Below, one piece after another: positions 26,760 through 37,385 of a stretch of DNA of 64,000 nucleotides; the stretch's first letter is position 1; the number at the start of each line of letters is the position of its first letter. The position numbers and the translations under genes were made by a program. The notes beneath the pieces are model-generated. The model saw nothing but the letters and a program-made list of their open reading frames with translations, was not told where the DNA came from and did no database searches. The stretch is from positions 1 to 64,000 of IMG/VR virus record IMGVR_UViG_3300042923_000619. One strand, given 5' to 3'. The stretch is from a virus.

Positions 26760-27836
26760 TTAAAACTTTTTACCACCAAATGAATTAGAAGATTCTGAAT
26801 CTAGGTTATTTAATGAACCAGTTTGTATATCATCTCTAACACCATCTTCAGAAAAATAATCACCTAATTTACTACTTAAATCGTTATCTGAATAGACTGC
26901 TACCATTGATACGTCTTCCCATCCAATTATATCTTTAATAACCATAGCTGGAATTTTACTTGCTTCTAATGAACTTGTAAATTGATGCCTTAGACAGTGA
27001 AAATAGAAGTCTTTATGTAAAAACTCTGTGAATTTACTAGCATATGAATCTAATAATGATATTTTAGCTGGTTGCCATTCACCTTTTCTTTTATTTACAA
27101 ATATTTCATCTATTTCATCGGGTACACCTAATCTTTCTCTTTCTTCCATCCATAAATCAAAATATTTTTTAAATTTAGGTTTCAGTACATAAACATCTAT
27201 AAATTTTCCACGACCCTTGCCCTTTGTCTTCACCTTTTCTGGAGATTTATATAGTGAACCAAATTGTAAGTTTTCTTCAGTTATATAACTTCTTTTAATA
27301 CGAAGCAATTCTGATTTTCTACGTCCTGATGCCCAACCTAATGCAAAGGCACATGCTTGTTGATATCTTTTATTTTCCACCAAGAAATCCAATAAATTTT
27401 GACATTCTTCATCACTTAAAACTGTCTTTTCTCTTACAACTCTTTTATTTGGAGCAGGAATTTTATTAATTATGTTTCTAAAGTTTTCCCACTTTTCCTC
27501 CTCATCAAGTACGCTTTCTATAAAGTTACTCATAGAAGACAAAGTACTTTTTATATTCTTTATACGTGATGGAGATAAATCATTTTTCACCATATAATTT
27601 TGAAAATTCATTATATGTCTTTTCTTTAAATTTACAAAATCTAAATTTTTCTCATGTTTCATTAAATAGATAAAGAATATTTCTAAATTATTTTTATATA
27701 CTCTTATGCTTGTTTTAGCGTGGTCAGTTGTTTCCATATAATTTAAGAAATCGTCCATTAATTCCTTGTTTTCTGGAAGAATTGCCTTTATCTCTTCCCC
27801 AGTTGTTTCAAAAACTTGTACTGTTTGTCTTGCCAT
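26760..27836 (-). CDS. Tyrosine recombinase/integrase
   Basis: SGRRKSELL (R), KTKGK (K), HCLRH (HxxR), IGWEDVSMVAVY (W, Y); N-terminal SAM-like domain. Confidence 0.9.
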   Translation of the reverse strand: MARQTVQVFETTGEEIKAILPENKELMDDFLNYMETTDHAKTSIRVYKNNLEIFFIYLMKHEKNLDFVNLKKRHIMNFQNYMVKNDLSPSRIKNIKSTLSSMSNFIESVLDEEEKWENFRNIINKIPAPNKRVVREKTVLSDEECQNLLDFLVENKRYQQACAFALGWASGRRKSELLRIKRSYITEENLQFGSLYKSPEKVKTKGKGRGKFIDVYVLKPKFKKYFDLWMEERERLGVPDEIDEIFVNKRKGEWQPAKISLLDSYASKFTEFLHKDFYFHCLRHQFTSSLEASKIPAMVIKDIIGWEDVSMVAVYSDNDLSSKLGDYFSEDGVRDDIQTGSLNNLDSESSNSFGGKKF

Positions 27837-27875
27837 ATTAAATCAATTCCTTTCTATTTTGTATTAATTTATTTA

Positions 27876-28436
27876 TTATTTAGTTTTTAATTTATTGCAC
27901 ATCCATTTATCATCTACTAATTCAACATGTTCATTTATTTTATTTTCTTTGCTCTCTAAAAATACTGAACACCTTCCTTCTTTATAGTTACTGCATGTTT
28001 TACACTTTTCTTCAAAACTTTCAAAGTCAGTTTTATTATCAAATATTCCTATAGTTCCTGTAGGAGTCAAAGTAATTTCAATTCTTGGATTATTCTTATC
28101 TATGTATATCCTATTAGTTCTAGGCATACAGTAAGTATCATCAAACCAAACTACTTCACATTCTGTAATTGTATCTTGTGTTAACTTTTTTAAGTTGTCA
28201 GAGTCACGACCTTTTTTATTCATATATACAACTTCGTCAAGATAACAATATTCGAATTCTGATAATTTTTCCCATCCTTGTTTTATTACCTCTTGTTCTA
28301 TGTATTTACCATTTATTAATTTATAATCCTTACCTTCTTTTTTTAAATAAGTTGAACCAAATTTATTTCTTCCATAAATATGATTAATTGAACTTGGTAA
28401 TGGCAAAGTTAATTTTAGTTGCTTAATTTCTTCCAT
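27876..28436 (-). CDS. rusA: RusA-like Holliday junction resolvase
   Basis: LPLPSSIN...RDSDNLKKLTQDTI...WFDD...NPRIEI. Confidence 0.75.
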   Translation of the reverse strand: MEEIKQLKLTLPLPSSINHIYGRNKFGSTYLKKEGKDYKLINGKYIEQEVIKQGWEKLSEFEYCYLDEVVYMNKKGRDSDNLKKLTQDTITECEVVWFDDTYCMPRTNRIYIDKNNPRIEITLTPTGTIGIFDNKTDFESFEEKCKTCSNYKEGRCSVFLESKENKINEHVELVDDKWMCNKLKTK

Positions 28437-28523
28437 AGTTATATTCCTTTCTATTTTTAGACATAATAAAAAGGCTTGTACTATTACAAACCTTCAATAA
28501 TCTAATATATTTATTTTTTAAAC

Positions 28524-29348
28524 TTAATCCATATTTTCTATAATACTAAGTAATTCACTTTTACTCTTTCTCAAATATTTACGAGTGACGGAAATATCCT
28601 GATGTCCAGCCAAATCAGCTATAATATCTATAGATACAGAACTATCCCCTAAATTTTTGCAATACAGATGCCTTAGTGAATGGCAATGGGTTTTAGATTT
28701 ATCTATATTACATAACTCACCATATTTCTTAATTATTAAATCAGCACATTTACGTGTTATTGCACCACGTTTTCCAACAAATAAATAATCTGAACCTTTA
28801 TTAACTCTACCATTTCTACAATAATCCAACCAAATAGCATTTAACTTTTTAGGTATAAAAACCATTCTTATTTTATTACCTTTACCAACAACTTGCACTG
28901 CATCTTTATGAACATCGTTAATAGTAAGCTGAAGTGCCTCAGAAATTCTTGTTCCTGTTAACTCTAAGGTACGTAATAATGCGACAGCTCTTAAATCCTT
29001 TTTATTTCTAGCCATTTCTACCATTTTGTGAATGTCTTCTTTGTTTAATACATTTTCTAGAAAATTTTGAGATTGAACCTTTACAATTGTAGTTGTAGCT
29101 GATATTTCATTAAATGCTAAGTATTGATGAATGGCAACTAACTTTCTATTAACAGTAGTAGTAGCAAGAAATAATTTAAATAATAAATATTCCTTATAAT
29201 CTTTTAATGTACTATTATGTAGTTCTGAAATATCATTATCTTTTAAATATTTTAAGAACTGATTTATATCCCTTGAATATGCTTCAATAGTTTGTAAACT
29301 TTTTTCTTTATCTAATAAATAATCTTTAAATTCATTTAAGTTACCCAT
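28524..29348 (-). CDS. XerC/D-like tyrosine recombinase
   Basis: GGAGGG RBS before ATG 29348; TGTRISEAL, VGKGNKIR, HCHSLRH, AGHQDISVTRKY. Confidence 0.9.
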   Translation of the reverse strand: MGNLNEFKDYLLDKEKSLQTIEAYSRDINQFLKYLKDNDISELHNSTLKDYKEYLLFKLFLATTTVNRKLVAIHQYLAFNEISATTTIVKVQSQNFLENVLNKEDIHKMVEMARNKKDLRAVALLRTLELTGTRISEALQLTINDVHKDAVQVVGKGNKIRMVFIPKKLNAIWLDYCRNGRVNKGSDYLFVGKRGAITRKCADLIIKKYGELCNIDKSKTHCHSLRHLYCKNLGDSSVSIDIIADLAGHQDISVTRKYLRKSKSELLSIIENMD

Positions 29349-29381
29349 AATATCCCTCCATGAGTTAATTATATCATAGTT

Positions 29382-29409
29382 TGTACCCATAAGAAATATT
29401 ATGTCTTGA
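29382..29409. other. dif-like recombination site
   Basis: TGTACCCATAA-GAAATA-TTATGTCTTGA: 11-bp arms with a CATAA/TTATG core and 6-bp spacer, about 35 bp upstream of the Xer-like gene. Confidence 0.6.
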
Positions 29410-29833
29410 AAATAAACCAACTTTTCCATAACCCAAAGTATAGTAGTAATTATTAATATTTAAATACATTTTTATCCGTATGAAAGATTTTATAATAATC
29501 AATTCTGACAAAAAAATAAATTTGAACGCAATAAGAGTCTAGTAAGTATTAGTTTAAACAATTCTATATAATTATGAAAATTTTCTGTTCTATTCCAATT
29601 TAAAATATAATATGATATAATTAAATTTAATGAACTAAATTGTACAAGTACATATACAATATATCTAATAGTAGAAGGGGATTACCAACTAAATTCTTTT
29701 CTACTATTTTTAATTTATTTTACAAAAATATATTTACAAACATATTAATTTATGTTATATTTATATTGTAATAAAGATTTGTTTAATTCATTTAATCAAA
29801 CTTCTTTTATTATATTAATTTGTTTAACTTGTT

Positions 29834-29871
29834 AAAAGTAGAGTAGCTATTAATTTAACTACTCTACTTTT
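29834..29871 (-). terminator. Intrinsic terminator of the tail cassette
   Basis: AAAAGTAGAGTAG / CTACTCTACTTTT. Confidence 0.7.
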
Positions 29872-29924
29872 GTTTAAGTCTGAATAAAATGTTAGATTTA
29901 CTTGAAAATTATTATATTAATTTA

Positions 29925-30098
29925 TTACGCTGTTACAATACAATCAGCATATCCATCTTTAGTTAGTGCATCATCTACACCAGCTTTAAAATTTAAATAT
30001 AAATTTGTATTAATAAAATATTTTCTATATTGTTCTTGCCCATCTGCTAAAGATACTTTTGCCTTTTTTTCAATATCGTTTTTAATAAATGTAACCAT
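29925..30098 (-). CDS. Small tail-associated protein (57 aa, XkdX-like position)
   Basis: Read by hand as MVTFIKNDIEKKAK...YADCIVTA; AAGGAGTG RBS. The + strand ORF at 29902..30117 is its shadow. Confidence 0.7.
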   Translation of the reverse strand: MVTFIKNDIEKKAKVSLADGQEQYRKYFINTNLYLNFKAGVDDALTKDGYADCIVTA

Positions 30099-30128
30099 TA
30101 ATAATCACTCCTTTTAATTTTTATTAAT

Positions 30129-30515
30129 TTATTTTTGTAAACTAGGTATTATATCAGTTAACAAATAACTCAATGTATCATTATTTGTCGAGATATCAAC
30201 TTCATTTTCTGTAGTTCTGGTTGGTAATGGGGGTTCTGTTTCTAAAGTTTCAACTCTAGAATTAACATTACTAATTTTTTCTATTAACCAAGCATCTTTC
30301 CCTTTAGTAAAATAAGTTCTTTCATCAATCAAATTTGAAATATCAATTATATCCCCTATATTTTTATCAATTGAATCTTGTAAAACAATATAATCTGAAC
30401 CCCCTCCAAAAACAATTGTACTATCTCCAATTATTTGATTGTCTGAAATTGAAGTTACATTATTTATTATACAATTTATTCCAAAACTACTTTTCCAATA
30501 TACATATGCTATCAT
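30129..30515 (-). CDS. Putative tail fibre assembly protein (XkdW-like position)
   Basis: Position before a tiny terminal ORF; C-terminal amphipathic helix. Position-based inference. Confidence 0.5.
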   Translation of the reverse strand: MIAYVYWKSSFGINCIINNVTSISDNQIIGDSTIVFGGGSDYIVLQDSIDKNIGDIIDISNLIDERTYFTKGKDAWLIEKISNVNSRVETLETEPPLPTRTTENEVDISTNNDTLSYLLTDIIPSLQK

Positions 30516-30516
30516 T

Positions 30517-31902
30517 TTAAATCATTCCTTTCTTCTTTATAAAATTTATTTTATTATTAATTGATTGTTTCCAAACGTCTTCTTTATCAAATGTCCAATA
30601 TGGTATTTCTAAATAACTATATCCTTGCTGAATTGCTTTAATTCTCTTATATCTATCTTTTAATTGTTGATAATGAATCTCTTGTTCTGGTGTAGTATTA
30701 TTTTTTCTTGCTAATTTTTTATGCCATGAATTAATTTCATAATGTTGAATTCCATGAACCTCAATTACTAATTTTAATTCTTTTATTTCATTATCAAAAG
30801 GAAGTCGTCCTCGTTTATTTTTTATTTTAGGATTTTGTGGAATTATTGTACAATTATATTCATGCAATATCGTAAAGCCCATTTCTTCTAAATATACTCT
30901 GACTTTTTCTTGAATAATTGATTCTTTTCTTTCTTTAACACAATCTGGACATCTAAAATCTGTCATATAACTTATACATATTTTTCTTTTAAAGTCATCA
31001 TGTTTTTTATCGAAACATCTCCACCACACTATTTGTTCTGTATATAAAGTATATTCAAAAGGTGATTTTTTATTTTTATTACTCCATATTTTACCTAAAA
31101 AGTCTTGTCCAAAATTATCAATTATGTATTGTCCTAAACTATCTTTAGGATGTACTTTTCCATGAAATGTAGCACAATAAGGACATCTTTGCCCTACAAT
31201 AAAATCTGCACACCTTATTTGATAATCCTCATGATAATCTTTTTCTTGACATTTTATAAAAACTTTTTTATTGCAACTATGACTAATATCCCAAGGATTC
31301 AAAGTATTTTTATTTGACCAATATTCTTTTAAGAAGTCATCTCCAAAATTATCAATTCCCCATTGTGCAAAAGAATTACATTGATTACAATTTATATTTC
31401 CATTTTTTCTATAAGTAAAAGAATTTATGTTTTTTAATTCACTATTATGTATTCCTTTTGGACATTTAAACCAATATTTTTTATTAGCACTATAAGTTAT
31501 TTCACTTGGTTTATAATCATTTAACTCATAATCCCATCTATCCAATATATCTTGCCTATTGTTTTCTGTACACCATTGCTCAAAAGATTTGGATTTTTTT
31601 AGTATGGTTCTGTTTGCCTTTTCCCTACCAAACACATTTGTTCCACATTGCTGACAATAGTACTTTCCATCTTCATGTAAAAACATATTGTAGTTATTAT
31701 ATGATATATTTTTTATTATATTCGGTTCTTTGCAATTTTCACAATCGCATTTTGCTTGGATTTTAACAGGACTACCTTTAGATAAATCTTCAATTTTAAC
31801 TTCAAATTCTTGTCCTATTTTTGTGTAAATATATCCTAAATTTTCATATCTATCTTTGTTTCTTGGATGCCATTTCAATATTACAGTTTGATTTAATATC
31901 AT
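30517..31902 (-). CDS. Zinc-ribbon/EDxHD (Vsr-like) putative homing endonuclease
   Basis: Repeated CxxC and WxC motifs; C-terminal LPFDNEI...IEVHGIQHY...YLEIPYW. Confidence 0.7.
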   Translation of the reverse strand: MILNQTVILKWHPRNKDRYENLGYIYTKIGQEFEVKIEDLSKGSPVKIQAKCDCENCKEPNIIKNISYNNYNMFLHEDGKYYCQQCGTNVFGREKANRTILKKSKSFEQWCTENNRQDILDRWDYELNDYKPSEITYSANKKYWFKCPKGIHNSELKNINSFTYRKNGNINCNQCNSFAQWGIDNFGDDFLKEYWSNKNTLNPWDISHSCNKKVFIKCQEKDYHEDYQIRCADFIVGQRCPYCATFHGKVHPKDSLGQYIIDNFGQDFLGKIWSNKNKKSPFEYTLYTEQIVWWRCFDKKHDDFKRKICISYMTDFRCPDCVKERKESIIQEKVRVYLEEMGFTILHEYNCTIIPQNPKIKNKRGRLPFDNEIKELKLVIEVHGIQHYEINSWHKKLARKNNTTPEQEIHYQQLKDRYKRIKAIQQGYSYLEIPYWTFDKEDVWKQSINNKINFIKKKGMI

Positions 31903-31956
31903 AAATATTCCTTCTTTCATAAATTATTCATAAAAATAAACAATAAAAAAGACCTA

Positions 31957-32145
31957 TCATCTTTTTCTGATGATAGACCATTCTTTTAATGCCTCATTTA
32001 ATTTGTTATCTTCTTTGTAAATATACAACCAAAATTCTCTATCTGTTTTACAATGTTTTGCTTTGAATTCACTTTTAATATGTTTTGATTCTAAAAATTC
32101 TTTTAATGGCAAAGAAAAACATTGGTAATATATTTTATTATTCAT
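31957..32145 (-). CDS. Small DUF5659-like protein
   Basis: YYQCFSLPLKEFLESKHI...FWLY...LNEALKEW; family name recalled, not searched. Confidence 0.55.
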   Translation of the reverse strand: MNNKIYYQCFSLPLKEFLESKHIKSEFKAKHCKTDREFWLYIYKEDNKLNEALKEWSIIRKR

Positions 32146-32176
32146 ATATTAATAAACTCCTTTTATTTTTAATTTA

Positions 32177-34231
32177 TTAACTTGTTGTTACAATTAAATT
32201 TGGATTCACTGTTCGATTCCGATTAGTCAAATTCTTAACTGCCATTTGATTTGTTTTTGTATTATCTAATGGATCTCTGATTATTTTTACACCAAAAGTT
32301 GCATAAGCGTCATCATATCTTCCAAAAGTTGAGTATTCTAAATGTGGTAATGTTGTGTAAGTCATTGTTAATGTTGACGCAATTGGAGTAATTGTAATAT
32401 CTGTTGTAGAAAATTGCCATGCAAAATCTAATGACACAGGCACTATACTTAAACCACTTAAATCTGTTGTTAGTGTTGTTATTGGTAAATTTGTAAAATA
32501 TGTTTGTAAGTCTGTATTATTGCTATAACTTGTCCATGCGATATTCAAATCTCCGGTATATTTGTGAATTCCTGTTCCATCTTTATACAACCAATTGACA
32601 CCATTATCTACAGTAAACAAGAATTTTATTCCTGTATTAGCTAATATTGTAACTGGTATTGTCAATGAGGTTATTGTATCAATTGTTGTCAAACTAAAAT
32701 TACTAGCACCTGTAGTCTTAAAATAAGTTGGATTAGTATTAGACACTGAAAAATCTATTATATCATTGTAAATTTCCAAATTATCTAGTATTCCTTGAAA
32801 ATAGTAATTTGAATAATTATTATATCCAATTAATAAATTCATATCACCAGTTATTGTTATTTGTGAATTAAGAACTAAACTGGCTTTAGGATTTATTAAA
32901 TCATCAACATATAAACTTATCGTTTTAGTAGCATGTGTATACCTATATATGATAGTGTGTTTAATTCCATCAAAATAAGGTGACATATCATAAGAAAGAG
33001 TACCATTTGAAGTGGGATAACTTACAAAGTAACTAAGATTTAAAATTTTAGTTGGAGTTATTGTTACTTCTAATCCATTACTTGATCTGTTTGTAATTAA
33101 AGTTTCATAATGTGTTGGGAGTACACTTTTCTTAAAATCAAATTTAATTGTAAAGTTTTTGTTATAAGGTATAACTGGATTGGAGAAACTTATATAATCA
33201 CTTGACCCATTGAAACTTCGTGCATAACCAGTTCCATCTAACCCTACAACACTAGTAGTTCCATGATATACTCCATTATATAAACCTTTTGAATCCGCAC
33301 AAACTGTTCCACTTGTTTCCTCAAATTTATAATTATTTACGCAAGTCACTCCTGCTTTTAATTTAACAGTATTTCCACTAAATAATAATTTAGTGGAATC
33401 TTGCAATGTGTATTTATTACTATCACTAAAATCACAATGATTATCTATTATAGAACTACCAGCAATTTGTTCTTGAATATTGATTAACATTTTATCTGCA
33501 TAACAACTAGGATAACTGAATGTTTTTTCTTCTCCACTTGCAATAGTTACTGGACTTCCACTAGGTTGTAATATCGTTCCATTTGTTGCTACCAAACCTG
33601 CTACATTAACATTAGCATGAGTATAATTACCACTATTATCTGCAACAAGAACTCTATTAGGTGAATAAGTTGAATTATCTACAATATGAGAATTAATGCT
33701 TTTTGCATCACTTCCAGATACACTAATGGTTACATCATTCCCAATAGTATTTAAATTTATATTCGTACCAGCTTTTATATTGCTAGAAGTTAATAAATTT
33801 GTGGGTTTATTATTTATGTAATCTAGTTTTGTATTGTCATTTTGATTCCAATCAGATTGAATTTGAGAACTAGAACCACTAACATTACCCCAAGAAGTAC
33901 CATTATAATATTTTAGTATTGGTGTTGATGTTGTATCTAACCATAATTTAGTTGTATCAGTATTTGAATTACCAATCACAATCTGTTTATCATTCAACTT
34001 ATGCCAACTAGAGTCATAATAATTCATACTAAAATCTGGTAAAATGTATATTTTATCTGAACTGATTTGAGAATTTGGAAGTGATGAAACAACTTCTATT
34101 GAACTATATTTTATTTTACTACCATCATTTTTAACTAAATAAAGATTATCCTCAGTAAATATAACTTGACCAGACGTTGTATAACTAGCCAAGTTACTTT
34201 TACTATCCGCATTAAAATTTAAATTTGCCAT
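32177..34231 (-). CDS. Tail fibre/receptor-binding protein with LamG (concanavalin-like) domain
   Basis: YKFEETSGTVCADSKG...FNGSSDYI...YFQGILDNLEIYN. Confidence 0.75.
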   Translation of the reverse strand: MANLNFNADSKSNLASYTTSGQVIFTEDNLYLVKNDGSKIKYSSIEVVSSLPNSQISSDKIYILPDFSMNYYDSSWHKLNDKQIVIGNSNTDTTKLWLDTTSTPILKYYNGTSWGNVSGSSSQIQSDWNQNDNTKLDYINNKPTNLLTSSNIKAGTNINLNTIGNDVTISVSGSDAKSINSHIVDNSTYSPNRVLVADNSGNYTHANVNVAGLVATNGTILQPSGSPVTIASGEEKTFSYPSCYADKMLINIQEQIAGSSIIDNHCDFSDSNKYTLQDSTKLLFSGNTVKLKAGVTCVNNYKFEETSGTVCADSKGLYNGVYHGTTSVVGLDGTGYARSFNGSSDYISFSNPVIPYNKNFTIKFDFKKSVLPTHYETLITNRSSNGLEVTITPTKILNLSYFVSYPTSNGTLSYDMSPYFDGIKHTIIYRYTHATKTISLYVDDLINPKASLVLNSQITITGDMNLLIGYNNYSNYYFQGILDNLEIYNDIIDFSVSNTNPTYFKTTGASNFSLTTIDTITSLTIPVTILANTGIKFLFTVDNGVNWLYKDGTGIHKYTGDLNIAWTSYSNNTDLQTYFTNLPITTLTTDLSGLSIVPVSLDFAWQFSTTDITITPIASTLTMTYTTLPHLEYSTFGRYDDAYATFGVKIIRDPLDNTKTNQMAVKNLTNRNRTVNPNLIVTTS

Positions 34232-34249
34232 TTATTTTATCACTCCTTT

Positions 34250-36068
34250 CTAAAGATTGAATGTATTCCATGTTGAAATTCCTGTTCCACCAGAAGCAGT
34301 ACTATTTATAGTTACATCATTACCACTTGTTGTAACAGTAATATTAACTCCAGCTTTTATGTTGGTTGTTTCTAATTTGTTTGTTACACTAGGGATATTT
34401 CCGATAGTTGCAACTTTATCCCTAACTGTTCCTTTTGTGAAATATAAGTCCGTACCATCATATTCAATTAATCCATCTTGTACAGTTGGTTTTAATGTCC
34501 CTCCACGAAGTTTTATTGATGACATATTAATAATATTAGCACCCAAACCTCCATTAAGTGTTGAGGCAGTTCCTTTTCCAATAGAAGGATATACTATAGC
34601 TGATTCAGCAAATAGTCCTACACCATCTACCATTGGTATACTTGTACCAATTTGAATACAATTTAACATTGTTGTCAATCCACTTGAATTTGTAATAACT
34701 GACGGCACTGAATTAGTAGTATGAGATACCATTGCTGATGTATATGATGCTGTATTGTTTACTACTGCTTGACCAATAACTACATCACTTGTATGTGTAA
34801 AAGCAACTGAACCATTAATAGACAAACAAACATTATTAGGATTATTTATATTGAAGCTCACCCTGTTGGCTATCAATTTACCTTTTGCAGTACTTGCACT
34901 ATAAAAACATCTTGCACTTGTTCCACTAGTAGAAACATTACATGTTCCATCTTCAAAATAGATTCTTGAACTTGTATTAGTATTTGTATAATTTATTGCA
35001 TCACCACTTACTGAATTGACACTTGAACCTATTAATTGTAGATTTTGTATTCCTGTTCCATTAAATGATAATGTATTACCACTAGTTGAATTTAATGTAA
35101 TATTATCTATAACTACAGTTCCAGTAAAATCTGCTATATGATTTCCAGTAATAGTTACACCAAATTTAACTGGTGAAGTAAGCATTACGCCTGCTTTAAA
35201 GATGATATTTTCCACATAGCTAGAAGGAAATATAAATATAGTAGTTCCACTAGTAGCTGTATCAATAGCTTTTTGAATTGTTAAGAATGGTTTTGAAGCA
35301 CTTCCATCATTAGTATCTAATCCATTCTTTGCTACATATAAATAATTAGTTGGTTTGACTAACATTGTATTTTTTAATTCATATTTTGCATCAGCATCAA
35401 CTATTTTTATATAGTTAGCTAATGCATCTGATAAATTAGTAGTAGTTACTAAGTTGGCAACTACTATTGCATTTAATTTAGTTTTATCTTCTTTTGAAAG
35501 TAATCCATCAATACTTTCAGTTGCAATAGGAACACTTGAACTAGAACCTAAACTAACCCATGCACTATTACTATATATATAGATAGTTGAATTCTCAGTT
35601 ACTACATGTGCATCTCCTTCAACCATTCCTGTTAATGCTTGTAAATTAGCATAAGTATCTATTGGAGCTTTCCAATTCATATTCTTACTTATTGAATTAA
35701 ATAATATTTGAATAGCCTCTTTACTCATTGTCTCATCTTTAGGGTATCTATTATCAAGTGCAGTTTGAAGATTTATTATTGATGAAATTTCTTGAATATG
35801 TGTTATATCAGCCTTTGTATCTAAACCATTTGTTAATTCTAATTTAGAAGCCAAATTGGATATATCTGGAATTGTTGGGCGATTATTTAGTTCATTATAA
35901 TCTTTTGAAAAATTTTCTAATGAAGCTAATTTAATTTTTTCCCCATCAGTATAATCATTTGAACTTAAAGTTTTTCCTGTTACTTTGTCAACTTTTCCTT
36001 CAACTACTGAACTTATATTAATACTATTGAGTATATATTGAATAAGTTGTGAATTTTCGATAAGTCAT
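34250..36068 (-). CDS. Tail fibre/tailspike with beta-helix (pectin-lyase-like) region; apparent 1-nt frameshift right after the start codon
   Basis: YVAKNGLDTNDGSASKPFLTIQKAID motif. The frame stays open 70 codons upstream of the track's start, to 36064. ATG 36068 overlaps the upstream stop (TGATG) but is 1 nt out of frame. Confidence 0.7.
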
Positions 36069-37270
36069 CAGTCCTTTCTATTTAATTCTTTTAATTTATT
36101 TTCTATGTCATATTTTATATATTCTTCTGTTGTTAGGTCAGAAATAAATTTAAAATGATATCCATGATGTGTTAATCTTTTACCAGTACATACTGAAGAT
36201 ATTTTAGATTGAGTTAATTTTATTCCATAGTATTTAATAGATAACTTTTCACAATTTGTACTACTAGTATAAACTCGTCCATCATCTAAATTTATAATTG
36301 GCTTTTCTTTATATCTACTGTTATAATCACACCAACATATTTCTGCTCCCCTTTTTAAGTAGTCTAAAATAGTTTTTGATGATATTTTCATAATTTTACC
36401 TATTTCTTTTGTGCTGTGAACTCCGCTATTCCAATAATCACAAGCTTCTTTAACCCTATTACTTAGAGCAAATTTTTCACATTCTACCCAATTAACATTA
36501 TTAAAATTAAATATATTTTGTAATTTAGCGATAGTATTTTCTTTAAAGTTTCCTTCATCAGAAATTCTAATAACCTCATAACCATATTCCTTAACTAATC
36601 TATCTTTCTCATCATCAAGAAATTTAGACTCTTCTTTAGTTTGACCATTCATATTATTGTCAGTTCTATGAAATCCACCATCAACTTCTATAATAAGTTT
36701 TTTATTCTCAATTACAAAATCATATTCTCCACTTACCTCTTTTTGTTTAAAAGGGTTATAAAATTTACACCAATCAAAGGTATGATTATCTATAAAATTT
36801 TGATTAAGTTGTGTTAGTAAATTAAATGTATATTTATGTCCATAACTATATCCATCTCCACATATACACCCTATGTCATGTCTATTATAAATATTATTTA
36901 TTTGATATTTTTTTATTGCTCCGCAGTTAGGACATTTAATTAATATCCTTTTATTACTTTGACATGTATACATTTTTGCTTCATCAATAGCACCTTGAAA
37001 ATATTTAATCATCCAAGGTGCTACAGTGGGGATGTCATTTATTCCTTCTACTACTATTAAAGGATTTTCACAACAACATAAACAACCAACTCCATGTAAT
37101 AAAGTTGATTCTAATACCCAAAATGGACAATCTGTCGATAAGCTTTTTCCCCCTAATTCATATCTAATACCATTTGATTTTAAATATTCTTTTTGAGGAA
37201 ATGAATAACAACAATATAGTATTTTACTATTATCCACACTTCCATTCTCCATTAAGACCACTCCTTTCAT
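36068..37270 (-). CDS. EDxHD-type endonuclease with a DUF5659-like N-terminus (chimeric)
   Basis: LYCCYSFPQKEYLKSNGI...FWV fused to CLCC...CPNCG...YDFVIENKKLIIEVDGGFH; NUMOD1-like tail. Confidence 0.65.
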   Translation of the reverse strand: MKGVVLMENGSVDNSKILYCCYSFPQKEYLKSNGIRYELGGKSLSTDCPFWVLESTLLHGVGCLCCCENPLIVVEGINDIPTVAPWMIKYFQGAIDEAKMYTCQSNKRILIKCPNCGAIKKYQINNIYNRHDIGCICGDGYSYGHKYTFNLLTQLNQNFIDNHTFDWCKFYNPFKQKEVSGEYDFVIENKKLIIEVDGGFHRTDNNMNGQTKEESKFLDDEKDRLVKEYGYEVIRISDEGNFKENTIAKLQNIFNFNNVNWVECEKFALSNRVKEACDYWNSGVHSTKEIGKIMKISSKTILDYLKRGAEICWCDYNSRYKEKPIINLDDGRVYTSSTNCEKLSIKYYGIKLTQSKISSVCTGKRLTHHGYHFKFISDLTTEEYIKYDIENKLKELNRKD

Positions 37271-37385
37271 TTTTGTATATTCATCTTTTGTTTAATAAGA
37301 ATAAGACCCAGATAAAATAATTCTAGGTCTCTAAAAGTTCACTTCAAATTACGATTTTAAAAACTTTTTATTTTGGTATATTTTA

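Noticed and set aside
36068-37385. Possible intron carrying the 36068..37270 endonuclease
   Set aside because: No group I or II core motifs; the upstream gene ends normally and a terminator-like stem lies at about 37303-37331.
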